A DNA stretch of 59,512 bases, the filler included. It is 3 parts of 3 records of this genome, joined end to end, with 100 filler letters (N's around TTAATTAATTAA, not from the genome) between each part and the next. Parts side by side here need not be neighbours in the genome. Positions count along the whole stretch, not along the records: positions 1 to 28,390 come from SRR20825019_1930; positions 28,491 to 42,822 come from SRR20825019_1931; 1 more part is not named here. The stretch is one strand, 5' to 3'. Under the pieces are notes generated by a model. It saw only the letters and a program-made list of their open reading frames with translations, ran no database searches and had not been told where the DNA came from. Each line of letters begins with the position of its first letter. Positions within the stretch are counted from its first letter, which is position 1. The translations under genes were made by a program, and so were the position numbers. Shown here one piece after another: positions 19,498 to 29,531 of the stretch.

Positions 19498-20010
19498 CTA
19501 CTTTTTTTTCGCCGTTGCCGTCTTTTTGACCACTGCCTTCTTCTTCACGGTAGCCGTCTTTTTAACCGGGGCCGCTTTCTTTTTTACAACCGTCTTCTTC
19601 TTGGTAGCAGTGGTTGCCTTTTTCTTCGCAACCTTCTTGGGAGGCGCGAGCAAATCAGCAACGGACAGTTCCTTCCCGTCCTTCCAAAGATTTTCCAAAC
19701 CGTAGTTCTTACGGTGTTCCGCGAGGAACAGATGGATCATCACATCGAAGGCATCGATCACCATCCAGCCGCTGGTCTGTTCGGCATCCATCCCGACGAT
19801 CACGGCCTTCGCCGCATCGAGCACTTTTTCGATCTCGACGCGCAAGGCACGTAAATGTGGCTCAGAGGTAGCCGTGGCCACCACCAGGTAATCGGTAATC
19901 GAAGATTGCTCGTGCACATCAAGCACGCGCAAGGCCTCGGCTTTTTTGTCATCAAGGGCGCGACAACAGGTTTTAATCAGCTCCAGAGTGGCAGTTTTTT
20001 TAGCTTTCAT
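19498..20010 (-). CDS. rsfS: Ribosome silencing factor with Lys/Ala-rich tail
   Basis: DDKKAE, ITDYLVVAT, W-x-x-x-D, YGLENLW. Lies downstream of nadD, the usual synteny. Confidence 0.93.
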   Translation of the reverse strand: MKAKKTATLELIKTCCRALDDKKAEALRVLDVHEQSSITDYLVVATATSEPHLRALRVEIEKVLDAAKAVIVGMDAEQTSGWMVIDAFDVMIHLFLAEHRKNYGLENLWKDGKELSVADLLAPPKKVAKKKATTATKKKTVVKKKAAPVKKTATVKKKAVVKKTATAKKK

Positions 20011-20597
20011 GCGTTACTGCGCCGATAGAGGCAGTGTTCTTGGATATACACAATCGCCTTATGTGGCACAAAATAATCCAACGATAAACTATTTCGCACC
20101 CGGTTCCGGAGTTCCGTGGAGCTGATCGCAAGCAAATGACCATCGCAACGATGCAATCGCAGTCCCGGAATTTCCGGGTGCTCCCGTTCCTCATGCCCCG
20201 GACGTTCCAGAAAGATAAATTCAATCAAGGAAGCCAGCTCTTCAATCTCTCCCCACAGATGCAGTTTCGGCAATTGGTCCCCTCCAATGATCCAATACAG
20301 CGTGTCGTTGGGATAGAGCTCCCGAAAATGTCGCACCGAATCGATCGTGTAATTCACTCCTCCCCGCGCGACCTCGTAGTCAGAGACTTCAAATCGATGA
20401 TCCCACTCGGTGGCATCGCGCAACATTGCCAATCGATCCGCACCTGACGACTGCACCTCATACGGTTTCAGCGGAGCCTGGGCCGCCGGGATCAGAATCA
20501 CACGATCCAGCCCATGCTGCTCATACGCATCCTGAGCCGCCATCAAATGACCGAAATGCACGGGATCAAAACTCCCGCCTAAAAGTCCAATTTTCAC
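20007..20597 (-). CDS. nadD: Nicotinate-nucleotide adenylyltransferase
   Basis: GGSFDPVHFGH, YTIDS, IIGGD, ISSTELR. GTG start inferred. Confidence 0.95.
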   Translation of the reverse strand: MKIGLLGGSFDPVHFGHLMAAQDAYEQHGLDRVILIPAAQAPLKPYEVQSSGADRLAMLRDATEWDHRFEVSDYEVARGGVNYTIDSVRHFRELYPNDTLYWIIGGDQLPKLHLWGEIEELASLIEFIFLERPGHEEREHPEIPGLRLHRCDGHLLAISSTELRNRVRNSLSLDYFVPHKAIVYIQEHCLYRRSNA

Positions 20598-20710
20598 TGC
20601 GCGCAACGTGCGCCTCACACGGTTGGTCCGCAAGCAGTTTTAGAACAAGGCCGTCGGCACACACCACTCGATCCTCACGGAACGAAGCTTGTAGTGTCAT
20701 AATTAAAACG

Positions 20711-22513
20711 ATGTCGTCAGACATGCCAAAGTTCCCCTATTTCACCCTCGGTCTTTGCTTATTAGGTGCCCCGACGATTAATCTCACCGCCACTCTCCTG
20801 ACCGCACCGAAGGTTACCTCCCGTGAGATAAATCAACTCTATGCCGAGTATTGGGAAGACGCCCTCCGGGCCAGCCCGCTCAGCGCCACGTTTGTCGGCG
20901 ATAATCGCTTTAACGATCAGTTCGGACCGATCACCTCGAAGGAGACCCGGGCAGTCACCCGCAAATTGGCGGTCAACTATCTTGATCGTCTCGACGAGTT
21001 GGATCCTTCGGCCTTACCCGCCGAAGATCATATCAGCTTCGACCTCCTGCGCTACCAGCTCAGGGAAGAACTCGAAAGTCTCCAATATCCCTCCCACCTG
21101 CTGCCGATCAATCAGATGTCCAGTGCACATCTGATCCTCGCTCAGCTCGGTTCGGGACAACTCGTCCAACCCTTCAAGACCGTGGAAGACTACGACAACT
21201 GGCTCGCACGCGTCGCGGATTTCGCGCCTTACGTTGACGGGATCATCGCAGACATGCGCACGGGGATGGAACAGGGAATCGTGCTACCGAAAGCCTTGGC
21301 CAAGCCCGTCATTCCTCAGCTCACCGCGATCGGTAATCCCGACCTCACCAAGAATGTGTTCATGAAACCCGTGAACCGTTTCCCTGATGATTTTTCCGAA
21401 GAAGATCAAATACGCCTCACCGCCGCCTACAATGTGATGGTGGGCGATGTCCTTGTGCCTGCTTACCAGAAGCTGCGCGAGTTCATGGAAAACGAATACC
21501 TTCCGGCCTGTCGCGATACCGTGGGATTGAGTGAGCTGCCCGGCGGGGCCGCGTGGTATGCGTTCAAAGTGCGCACCGCGACCACCACCGATCTCACCCC
21601 CGAACAAATCCACGACATCGGTCTTAACGAAGTCGCCCGAATCCGTGCCTTGATGGAAGCAGCCAAAGATCGAGTCGGCTTTGACGGGACACTCGCGGAA
21701 TTCTACCGTCACCTCGACGAAGATCCCGCCTTGAAATTCCAGAACCGGGACGAAATGCAAAGCGCCTATGAAGGCATGCGCGAACGGGTGTTATCGGCCG
21801 TTCCCCATTTCTTCGGACGCACCCCCAAGACACCATTCGAGATCAGACCGGTCGAAGACTTCCGGGAGGTCAGCGCCCCTCCAGCCCAGTATCAGTCCGG
21901 TCTGCCCGACGGTTCTCGTCCCGGTATTTTCTACTACAACGCTTATCAACCCGAAACCCGATCGCGTTATACCACTGAGGCATTCTTTGCGCATGAAGCG
22001 ATTCCCGGACACCACTTCGAAATCAGCCTCGCCCAGGAACACACCGATCTCCCCGCCTTCCGACGTTTCGGAGGCACCACGGCTTACAGCGAAGGTTGGG
22101 GACTCTATAGTGAAATGCTGGGGAAGGAAATGGGGCTCTACACCGATCCCTATCAATGGGTCGGCCGACTCTCCGCCGAAATCTGGCGCGCCTGTCGTCT
22201 CGTCATCGACACCGGCCTTCATGCCAAGGGTTGGACGCGTGAACAAAGCATCGCCTACTTTCTGGAAAACACGCCGCAGAGTGAAGGCGTCGCTATTCAG
22301 GAGGTCGAACGCTACATCGCGATCCCCGGTCAGGCTCTCAGCTATAAGATCGGCGAAATCAAACTTCGTGAACTACGCGCTCGCGCCGAACAGGAACTCG
22401 GCGACAACTTCGATATCCGCGCCTTCCACGACGAAATCCTCGCCCACGGCTCCGTTCCCCTCAGTGTGCTTGAAGCCGCGGTGAATCGCTGGATCGCCGA
22501 ACAGAAAAAGTGA
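20711..22513 (+). CDS. DUF885 family secreted protein (metallopeptidase-like)
   Basis: Signal peptide, HEAIPGHH, YSEGWGLYSE, RLVIDTGLH, PGQALSYKIG. Confidence 0.9.
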   Translation: MSSDMPKFPYFTLGLCLLGAPTINLTATLLTAPKVTSREINQLYAEYWEDALRASPLSATFVGDNRFNDQFGPITSKETRAVTRKLAVNYLDRLDELDPSALPAEDHISFDLLRYQLREELESLQYPSHLLPINQMSSAHLILAQLGSGQLVQPFKTVEDYDNWLARVADFAPYVDGIIADMRTGMEQGIVLPKALAKPVIPQLTAIGNPDLTKNVFMKPVNRFPDDFSEEDQIRLTAAYNVMVGDVLVPAYQKLREFMENEYLPACRDTVGLSELPGGAAWYAFKVRTATTTDLTPEQIHDIGLNEVARIRALMEAAKDRVGFDGTLAEFYRHLDEDPALKFQNRDEMQSAYEGMRERVLSAVPHFFGRTPKTPFEIRPVEDFREVSAPPAQYQSGLPDGSRPGIFYYNAYQPETRSRYTTEAFFAHEAIPGHHFEISLAQEHTDLPAFRRFGGTTAYSEGWGLYSEMLGKEMGLYTDPYQWVGRLSAEIWRACRLVIDTGLHAKGWTREQSIAYFLENTPQSEGVAIQEVERYIAIPGQALSYKIGEIKLRELRARAEQELGDNFDIRAFHDEILAHGSVPLSVLEAAVNRWIAEQKK

Positions 22514-22519
22514 GCCTAA

Positions 22520-22760
22520 TCACACATCCCCGATCGGCCTAAAACCCGATAGCGCGATAAATTCCCGGGAACTATCACGCCAAGAGGATCTGATCGGTTG
22601 AGCGCGGCCGCCGTGTTGCGGGTCGCACCGGTCAACACAGCAGCAGGAGGCACCTCTACCTAAATAATCGTGATTCTCGAGGAGGGAGCACCGTGCACCG
22701 GGTGGACTCACTTCAACAATCCGGTCCCCCTTGATGATCATCGTTGTGACTGGAAGCGAT
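22520..22760 (-). pseudogene. Degraded amidohydrolase-family remnant
   Basis: Fragments in different frames: TTMIIKGDRIVEV (N-terminal strand), then after a stop VPPAAVLTGATRNTAAALNRSDPLGVIVPG, then frameshifted EFIALSG..PIGDV. Confidence 0.55.
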
Positions 22761-22963
22761 AGCCGGGGGAAGCATGGGATGGAGACCTTGGCCGGGATCG
22801 TTCCACTCACTCTGGTCTTAATCGATAAGTGTCTCCGTTCTCCCGGTCCATTTCGTCAGGGCTGTTCCTTGGGATTGCTCGTGATGATGGGGACAATCGG
22901 CATGACGCCTGAAATGATGAAGGAACGGTTTGAGTTTCTGCTTAAACGACCTGTGATCAGGAC

Positions 22964-23956
22964 ATGCACTACCAACCCGCACCTGATCGCTATCAACGTC
23001 TGCCCTATGCCCGTTGCGGTCATAGCGGTCTTAAGCTCCCACTCATTTCACTCGGACTTTGGCACAATTTCGGTGGAGTTGACCCGCTGGATAACCAACG
23101 CGCTCTGCTGCACCGAGCCTTCGATCTGGGCATCACCCATTTCGACTTGGCCAATAATTACGGACCGCCTCCCGGCTCAGCCGAAGAAAACTTCGGCAAC
23201 ATTCTCCAACAAGATTTCTCTGGTTATCGCGACGAGCTCGTCATCTCGACCAAGGCGGGATATGGCATGTGGGAGGGTCCCTACGGGGACTGGGGTTCAC
23301 GCAAATACGTGCTCACCTCGCTTGAGCAGAGCCTGCGGCGTATGCAGTTGGACTACGTCGATATCTTTTATCATCATCGGCCCGATCTGGAAACCCCACT
23401 CGAGGAAACCATGGGGGCGCTCGTATCCGCCGTGCGCAGCGGCAAGGCCCTCTATGCCGGCATCTCCAACTATGACGCCAACCGCACGCGCGAGGCCGCC
23501 AAGATCCTGCGCGAGATGGGCGTGCCACTCCTTATCCATCAACCGGTCTACAATATGTTCAACCGCTGGGTTGAGCCCGAATTGTTACCCGCTCTTACCG
23601 AAGTCGGCGCAGGCTGCATTCCGTTCTCACCACTTGCCCAAGGCCTGCTCACCAACCGCTATCTCGACGGCATTCCCACCGATTCACGGGCGGCCAAGCC
23701 CACGGGATTTCTCCAATCCAACGGGATAACCCCGGACGTCGTGAAGAAGATCAAGGCTCTCGAGAAGCTCGCCACCTCACGCAATGCCACGCTCGCTCAA
23801 TTCGCCGTCCTCTGGCTACTGCGTCGACCGGAAATCACCACTGTGCTGATTGGCGCAAGCAAGGTCAGCCAACTCGAGGATGTCCATGCCGGTGTGCAAC
23901 TGCCTCCGCTCACAAATGATGAAATTGAGCAGGCTGAAAACATCCTGTCCGCATAG
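22964..23956 (+). CDS. mgrA: Aldo/keto reductase (L-glyceraldehyde-3-phosphate reductase, YghZ/Gpr-like)
   Basis: SLGLWHNFG, HFDLANNYGPPPGSAEE, STKAGY, GPYGDWGSRKY. Confidence 0.9.
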   Translation: MHYQPAPDRYQRLPYARCGHSGLKLPLISLGLWHNFGGVDPLDNQRALLHRAFDLGITHFDLANNYGPPPGSAEENFGNILQQDFSGYRDELVISTKAGYGMWEGPYGDWGSRKYVLTSLEQSLRRMQLDYVDIFYHHRPDLETPLEETMGALVSAVRSGKALYAGISNYDANRTREAAKILREMGVPLLIHQPVYNMFNRWVEPELLPALTEVGAGCIPFSPLAQGLLTNRYLDGIPTDSRAAKPTGFLQSNGITPDVVKKIKALEKLATSRNATLAQFAVLWLLRRPEITTVLIGASKVSQLEDVHAGVQLPPLTNDEIEQAENILSA

Positions 23957-23991
23957 CAATTGAGTGAAGCAGAGTTCAACGAACGCCTGCC

Positions 23992-26097
23992 TCACTCGAC
24001 CACTTTCACCGATTTGATATTCCACTTCGTGACGGTCAGTCCTTTCGCACTGCGCGTGCTCACGGGGACCTTGGTGAGGTCGAAATCGAATTCGCGGATG
24101 CGTGCGCCCCCGCGGCCATCGAGACCGATGTGCAGCGATTGCGGCATCGATTTTTCGTCCGGACTCACTTTGAAAAACACGATCTTGGAGCCCTCGCTCT
24201 TGATGAGCGGATAGAGCTTGTCGCGGGAGAGCCCGCCGATCTGGAAGCGTTTGGCAAAGGCCTTTCCCGATGCCTTGTCCTGATAAACCAGCGTGTAAAA
24301 ATTCGCGTCCCCGTCCTGCGGCCAAATATCGATGTGGATGATGTGGCGTCCCATGAACACCTTGTCGGCCACCTTGCTGACCTTCAGGGAACCGTCCTTC
24401 ATGATACACAGCACACTGTCCATGATCGTGCATTCCTTGACGAAATCGTGCTGACGCCAGTTAAGACCGATGAAGCCCTCATTACGATTAACATAGAGTC
24501 GCTGATTGGCGGAGACCACATCGGCGGCGTTGATCTGTTCAATCTCGTCGTAGGAAGTGCGGCGTTTGATCCCCTTGCCATACTTTGCTTGAATCGCTTC
24601 GAACCACTTGATCGCGTATTCAATCAAGTGCTTTAGATCGTGCTTCACCGACTTGATCTCTTCTTCGATTTTTTGGATCTGCTCGTCAGCTTTAAAGCGG
24701 TTGTAAGCAGAGATCCGTTTAATCCGGATCTCGGTCAACCGCACAACATCATCGTCGGTAACCTCCCGTTTCAGTCCTTTGATGAACGGTTTTAAACCTT
24801 CGTGAATCTCCTTGAGGACTTCTTCCCAGGTCTTCGATTTTTCAATGCGGCGATAGATGCGCTCCTCAATAAAGATGCGTTCCAGCGAATCCCAGTGCCA
24901 CTGCTGTTCCAGTTCACCCAATCTGATCTCGAGCTCCGATTTCAGGAGCGCGACCGTGCGATCCACACTGCGGCGGAGGATCTCTTTCACGCCGATAAAG
25001 TGCGGTTTATCGTCCTGGATAATGCACGCCGCCGGCGAGAGGCTCATCTGGCAGTTGGTGAAAACGTAGAGCTGCTGGATCACCTTGTCCGGTTTGCTGC
25101 CAGGAGGCAGGTGCACGAGAATTTCCACCTGATCAGCCGTATTGTCATCGACGTGCTTGATCTTGATTTTCCCCTTGGTGTTGGCCGCGAGGATCGACTC
25201 GATCAGCGATACCGTATTCGTGCCATGCGGGAGTTCCGTAATTGCGAGCAGGGTCTTCGATCGCTTCTCGATCTTCGCGCGGATCTTCACCTTTCCGCCC
25301 CGCTCGCCGTCATTGTATTCCGAAAAATCAGCCAGACCGCCATTGGGGAAATCCGGAAAGATCCGAAACGTTTTTCCCTGCAGGTGATTGATCGAGGCAC
25401 GGCACAAATCATTGAAGTTGTGCGGCAAAATCTTGGTCGAAAGCCCTACCGCGATCCCCTCAGCTCCTTCGAGCAGGGTGATCGGAAATTTAGCTGGTAA
25501 CGTCACTGGTTCCTTGGCGCGACCATCGTAACTGAGCTGCCAGGTGGTCGTCTTCGGATTGAAGAGCACCTCGCGGGCAAAAGGCGTGAGACGCGCTTCG
25601 ATATAACGCGAAGCAGCCGCATCATCACCGGTCAGCGAGTTACCGAAATTACCCTGAGGTTCAATCAACCAACCGCGTTGCGCAATCGCCACAAGGGCCG
25701 CGCAGATCGAAGCATCACCATGCGGGTGAAAACGCATCGTCGCGCCCACCACATTGGCCACCTTGTGGAAACGCCCGTCATCCATATCCCACAACGTGTG
25801 CAGCACGCGCCGTTGCACGGGTTTCAATCCGTCGGCGATGTGGGGCACCGCGCGATCAAGAATCACGTAACTCGCATATTCGAGATACCACTTCCGGTAA
25901 TGCCCCGCGAGCGGAGCTTCACCTAAACTCGTCTTTTCGGTCGGCGGCGTGTCATCGCCATCGTCGTCAACTTGCAGTGCGTCGTTCCCAGGAGCGACCT
26001 CCCCCACCTCGGAATCGGATTCCGCGGCGGTGCTTTCCTCTGGATCGAGAGGGAGTTCAGGTTGATCGGAATTATCGGAAGAGTTTCGTTTGGCCAT
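23992..26097 (-). CDS. parC: Type IIA topoisomerase subunit A (probably topoisomerase IV)
   Basis: DGLKPVQRR, HPHGD and catalytic SRY. Short C-terminal domain with no obvious GyrA box. Confidence 0.82.
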   Translation of the reverse strand: MAKRNSSDNSDQPELPLDPEESTAAESDSEVGEVAPGNDALQVDDDGDDTPPTEKTSLGEAPLAGHYRKWYLEYASYVILDRAVPHIADGLKPVQRRVLHTLWDMDDGRFHKVANVVGATMRFHPHGDASICAALVAIAQRGWLIEPQGNFGNSLTGDDAAASRYIEARLTPFAREVLFNPKTTTWQLSYDGRAKEPVTLPAKFPITLLEGAEGIAVGLSTKILPHNFNDLCRASINHLQGKTFRIFPDFPNGGLADFSEYNDGERGGKVKIRAKIEKRSKTLLAITELPHGTNTVSLIESILAANTKGKIKIKHVDDNTADQVEILVHLPPGSKPDKVIQQLYVFTNCQMSLSPAACIIQDDKPHFIGVKEILRRSVDRTVALLKSELEIRLGELEQQWHWDSLERIFIEERIYRRIEKSKTWEEVLKEIHEGLKPFIKGLKREVTDDDVVRLTEIRIKRISAYNRFKADEQIQKIEEEIKSVKHDLKHLIEYAIKWFEAIQAKYGKGIKRRTSYDEIEQINAADVVSANQRLYVNRNEGFIGLNWRQHDFVKECTIMDSVLCIMKDGSLKVSKVADKVFMGRHIIHIDIWPQDGDANFYTLVYQDKASGKAFAKRFQIGGLSRDKLYPLIKSEGSKIVFFKVSPDEKSMPQSLHIGLDGRGGARIREFDFDLTKVPVSTRSAKGLTVTKWNIKSVKVVE

Positions 26098-26115
26098 TGA
26101 GGCGATTAAAAAGGG

Positions 26116-27957
26116 TTAGGCTTCGATGACGTCTTTCTCGACGTAAAGGTTATCAATAATGAATTTCTGTCGCTCCATCGTGTTCTTCCCCATGTAGAAG
26201 GAGAGCAGCTCGTCGCTGTCTTGCAGATGACTCAAAGAGACGGGTTCGAGGCGAATATTCTCGCCGATAAAATCTTTGAATTCTCCGGCGGAAATCTCCC
26301 CGAGACCCTTAAAGCGGGTCACCTCCGCAGCCTTTCCGATTTTCGCCATCGCATCCCTTCTCTCTTCATCGGAGTAACAGTAATGGGTGACTTTCTTGCT
26401 CCGCACGCGGAACAAGGGCGTTTCGAGAATCGAAAGGTGCCCCCGGGTGATCAGGTCAGGAAAAAACTTCACAAAGAATGAGAGCAACAACAGGCGAATG
26501 TGCATCCCGTCCACGTCGGCATCGGTCGCGATAATCACTTTATTATACCGCAACCCGTCCAACCCATCCTCGATGTTCAACGCGGATTGGAGGAGGTGGA
26601 ATTCTTCGTTCTCGTAGATGACTTTTTTCTTCAGTCCGAAGGTATTGAGCGGCTTTCCCTTCAATGCGAACACCGCTTGGGTCTGCACGTCGCGGCAACT
26701 GGTGAGCGATCCCGCCGCGGAATCACCCTCCACGATAAAGAGGGAGCTTTCCTCATTCCGGCTCCCCTTCTGACCGAGATGCTGCCGGCAGTCGCGCAGC
26801 TTGCGATTATGCAGATTGGCCTTTTTGGCGCGGTCCTTCGCGAGTTTACGAATGCCGACGAGATCCTTGCGTTCGCGTTCGCTCTCCTGGATGCGCGAGA
26901 GTAACGCGTCGGCTGACTCTTTGTTCTTGTGCAGGTAAACATCGAGTTCCTGCTGCACAAATTTACCGATAAATTCCTTGATTGTCGGGCCGTTCGGACC
27001 GACCTCGCTCGAACCCAGCTTCGTCTTGGTCTGCGATTCAAACACCGGCTCCTGCACCCGAATGGAAATCGCCGCGATAATCGACTGGCGGATATCGGCC
27101 GCATCGAAATCCTTTTTATAGAAATTGCGCACGGTCTTCACGAAGGCCTCGCGAAACGCGAGCTGGTGCGTCCCACCCATCGTGGTGTGTTGGCCATTCA
27201 CAAAGGAAAAGTATTCCTCACCGTAATGCGCCCCGTGGGTCAGCGCAATTTCGATATCCTCACCTTCGAGATGAACGATGGGATAGAGCGTGTCTCCCGT
27301 GAGATTTTTCTCGAGGAGATCCTTTAATCCGTTGGTCGATTTGAAGGGTTTACCGTTGAGGCTCAGGGTGAGGCCGCGATTGAGAAACGCGTAGTTCCAC
27401 AACATGTCCTCGATGTATTCCATCCGGAACCGGAAATCTTTTCCGAAGAGCGATTCGTCCGGCGTAAACTCGATGATCGTGCCATCGCGCTCCGTGGATT
27501 TCACGATATTGTGATCCGTCGCGAGCTTGCCCTGGCTGAATTCGACTACCTTGGTTTTACCTTCCCGCACGGATTGGGCGCGGTATTCAAGCGAAAGGGC
27601 ATTGACCGCCTTTTGGCCGACTCCGTTCAGACCAACGGCTTTTTGAAACGCGTTATTATCGTATTTCGCACCGGTATTAATCACCGAGACACATTCAGCA
27701 AGTCTGCCCAAGGGGATGCCGCGACCGTAATCGCGCACCACGACCGTGCGCTCGTGGATGTGTATTTCGATCCGCTTGCCGTTCCCCATCGCGAATTCAT
27801 CGATGGAGTTGTCGATCGTTTCCTTAATCAGCACATAGATGCCATCTTCAGCATGGGTTCCGTTTCCCAGCCGCCCGATATACATCCCCGGTCGCAGGCG
27901 AATGTGATCCGTGGAAGAGAGGGTTTTAATGCTGGATTCGGTATATGCTGTGCCCAT
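26116..27957 (-). CDS. parE: Type IIA topoisomerase subunit B (probably topoisomerase IV)
   Basis: RPGMYIG, DNSIDE, GRGIP, EGDSA, PLN, TDADVDG, RFKGLGE. 613 aa. Confidence 0.85.
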   Translation of the reverse strand: MGTAYTESSIKTLSSTDHIRLRPGMYIGRLGNGTHAEDGIYVLIKETIDNSIDEFAMGNGKRIEIHIHERTVVVRDYGRGIPLGRLAECVSVINTGAKYDNNAFQKAVGLNGVGQKAVNALSLEYRAQSVREGKTKVVEFSQGKLATDHNIVKSTERDGTIIEFTPDESLFGKDFRFRMEYIEDMLWNYAFLNRGLTLSLNGKPFKSTNGLKDLLEKNLTGDTLYPIVHLEGEDIEIALTHGAHYGEEYFSFVNGQHTTMGGTHQLAFREAFVKTVRNFYKKDFDAADIRQSIIAAISIRVQEPVFESQTKTKLGSSEVGPNGPTIKEFIGKFVQQELDVYLHKNKESADALLSRIQESERERKDLVGIRKLAKDRAKKANLHNRKLRDCRQHLGQKGSRNEESSLFIVEGDSAAGSLTSCRDVQTQAVFALKGKPLNTFGLKKKVIYENEEFHLLQSALNIEDGLDGLRYNKVIIATDADVDGMHIRLLLLSFFVKFFPDLITRGHLSILETPLFRVRSKKVTHYCYSDEERRDAMAKIGKAAEVTRFKGLGEISAGEFKDFIGENIRLEPVSLSHLQDSDELLSFYMGKNTMERQKFIIDNLYVEKDVIEA

Positions 27958-28027
27958 GTAGGTGTCGGAATACGTAAAAGCGGTTCAGTTCAGGGAAGGA
28001 AGGGGAGACTATGAAATTGGTCGAGCT

Positions 28028-28390
28028 TCACTGACCAGCCTTATCCTTCATTACCGTCGGATAAGGGCGCCCGGCGATTAACTTTTCCCCGTCCGTGAAG
28101 CCTTCCGGGCGATCAGTCAGTTCGGTAATCAACCGCTCACGCCACGTGCTCACCCGGTCAGCGCAGGCTGGATCGGACGCCAAATCGCGCAGTTCCAGCG
28201 GATCGGCTCGCAAATCAAAGAGGTGCTCACGGCCGTCTTGGGTGAACCAGATATATTTTTCTTTCCCGTCGGTCAGCGCGTGGTGCCCAATGCCCTCTTG
28301 GCCTTCCAATTCGGAATGCTCGATATGCAGGTGCTCGCGCCACGGAGTCTCCTCCCCCCGCATCAATGGCCAAACACTGCGACCATCCAC
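28028..28390 (-). CDS. Arylsulfatase, C-terminal part (truncated by contig end)
   Basis: DGRS...WRE...KYIW...E-x-LFDL-x-x-DPLE-x-x-DLA sulfatase tail motif. Confidence 0.8.
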   Translation of the reverse strand: MDGRSVWPLMRGEETPWREHLHIEHSELEGQEGIGHHALTDGKEKYIWFTQDGREHLFDLRADPLELRDLASDPACADRVSTWRERLITELTDRPEGFTDGEKLIAGRPYPTVMKDKAGQ

Positions 28391-28490
28391 NNNNNNNNNN
28401 NNNNNNNNNNNNNNNNNNNNNNNNNNNNNNNNNNTTAATTAATTAANNNNNNNNNNNNNNNNNNNNNNNNNNNNNNNNNNNNNNNNNNNN
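28391..28490. other. Artificial contig linker
   Basis: 44 N + TTAATTAATTAA (stops in all six frames) + 44 N. Confidence 0.99.
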
Positions 28491-28624
28491 ATTTCACCCC
28501 GCCCTGAGAACGTCACCGGCCCAAACGAGCCAGCGACGCAAACTTAGGGGCGCGATCTGAAAATAACAAGCCCGTTTTTGACACCGGCGGTCACCAGACC
28601 GCGGACACAGTGTCAACGCAGTGT

Positions 28625-28981
28625 CTATGCACCGAGTTCGAAAACGGGGATAAAGCCGCCATAAATCATCCGTTTGCCGTCGAAAGGCATGGATTTCATG
28701 TCGCCCATTTCAGGATCGCTCATCATCTTTTCCCAAGCTGCGTTGCGCATCGCCTTGTCCGGCCACACCACCCAGGAGAACACGGCAACCTCGTTTTCTT
28801 CGCGCTTCAACGCCTTGGAAAACGATGTCACCTCGCCTTCGGGCACGTCATCGCCCCAGCATTCGACGTAATCGATCGCTCCAAGCTCGCGGAATTTTTT
28901 TGCCGCCTTTGCACACAAATCCACATAGGCCTTCTTGTTTTCTGCGGGCACAGCCGCCAAAAAACCGTCTACATACGCCAT
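28625..28981 (-). CDS. DUF1428 (YbaA-like) protein
   Basis: MAYVDGF, ECWGDDVP-x-G-x-x-TSF, MPFDGKRMIYGGF. GGAGG RBS. Confidence 0.92.
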   Translation of the reverse strand: MAYVDGFLAAVPAENKKAYVDLCAKAAKKFRELGAIDYVECWGDDVPEGEVTSFSKALKREENEVAVFSWVVWPDKAMRNAAWEKMMSDPEMGDMKSMPFDGKRMIYGGFIPVFELGA

Positions 28982-29019
28982 GAATCCTCCGATATCTTGA
29001 CTTTGTCCGTTGCGGAACA

Positions 29020-29037
29020 TACGTTGATATCAACATA
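29020..29037. promoter_or_regulatory. Probable MarR operator
   Basis: TACGTTGATATCAACATA, with a perfect 12-bp palindromic core, between the divergent genes. Confidence 0.7.
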
Positions 29038-29048
29038 AAGGCACGGAT

Positions 29049-29531
29049 ATGCGCGAAAGTCTACCCCTGTCGGTCACATTGGAGGTTCGGGACAGGTGTC
29101 TTTGCCTTCATCTGCAGCGCGCAGCGCGGGCGGTGGGACGCCATTTCGACGAGGTTTTGAGACCGCTGGGGCTTACCAACGGACAGTATTCGCTGCTGGT
29201 CTCGCTCAACCGGCCGGAACCGCCGCGCGTCGCCGAGGTCGCTCATGTGCTGGCAATGGACCGCACCACGCTGACGGCGAGCCTAAAGCCGCTGGAGCGC
29301 CGCGGACTGATGACCTCGTTCCAGGATGACAAGGACAAGCGCATCCGCCGGCTGAAGCTGACCGATGAAGGTCTCGACCTGCTTCAAAGGGCCGTGCCGA
29401 TCTGGCGCGAAACGCATGAACGGATCGACAAGGTGGTGGGTGCGGACATCGATCGCCTGCGCGCAAACCTGCTGGCGCTGACCTTTGCCCTGCCCGACAT
29501 CAACGAAGATATCAGCGATCCAGCGCCTTGA
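29049..29531 (+). CDS. MarR family regulator
   Basis: CLC..L.RAAR, GLTNGQYSLL, MDRTTLT, DKRIRRLKLT. Confidence 0.92.
   Translation: MRESLPLSVTLEVRDRCLCLHLQRAARAVGRHFDEVLRPLGLTNGQYSLLVSLNRPEPPRVAEVAHVLAMDRTTLTASLKPLERRGLMTSFQDDKDKRIRRLKLTDEGLDLLQRAVPIWRETHERIDKVVGADIDRLRANLLALTFALPDINEDISDPAP

Noticed and set aside
20426-20710. N-terminal extension of the DUF885 ORF
   Set aside because: Overlaps nadD on the opposite strand; the signal peptide begins near 20711-20723.
22731-23729. 332-aa alternative-frame ORF
   Set aside because: Overlaps the clear AKR gene and has no recognisable motifs.
28435-28446. TTAATTAATTAA palindrome (also at 42867-42878)
   Set aside because: Synthetic six-frame stop spacer inside N runs.
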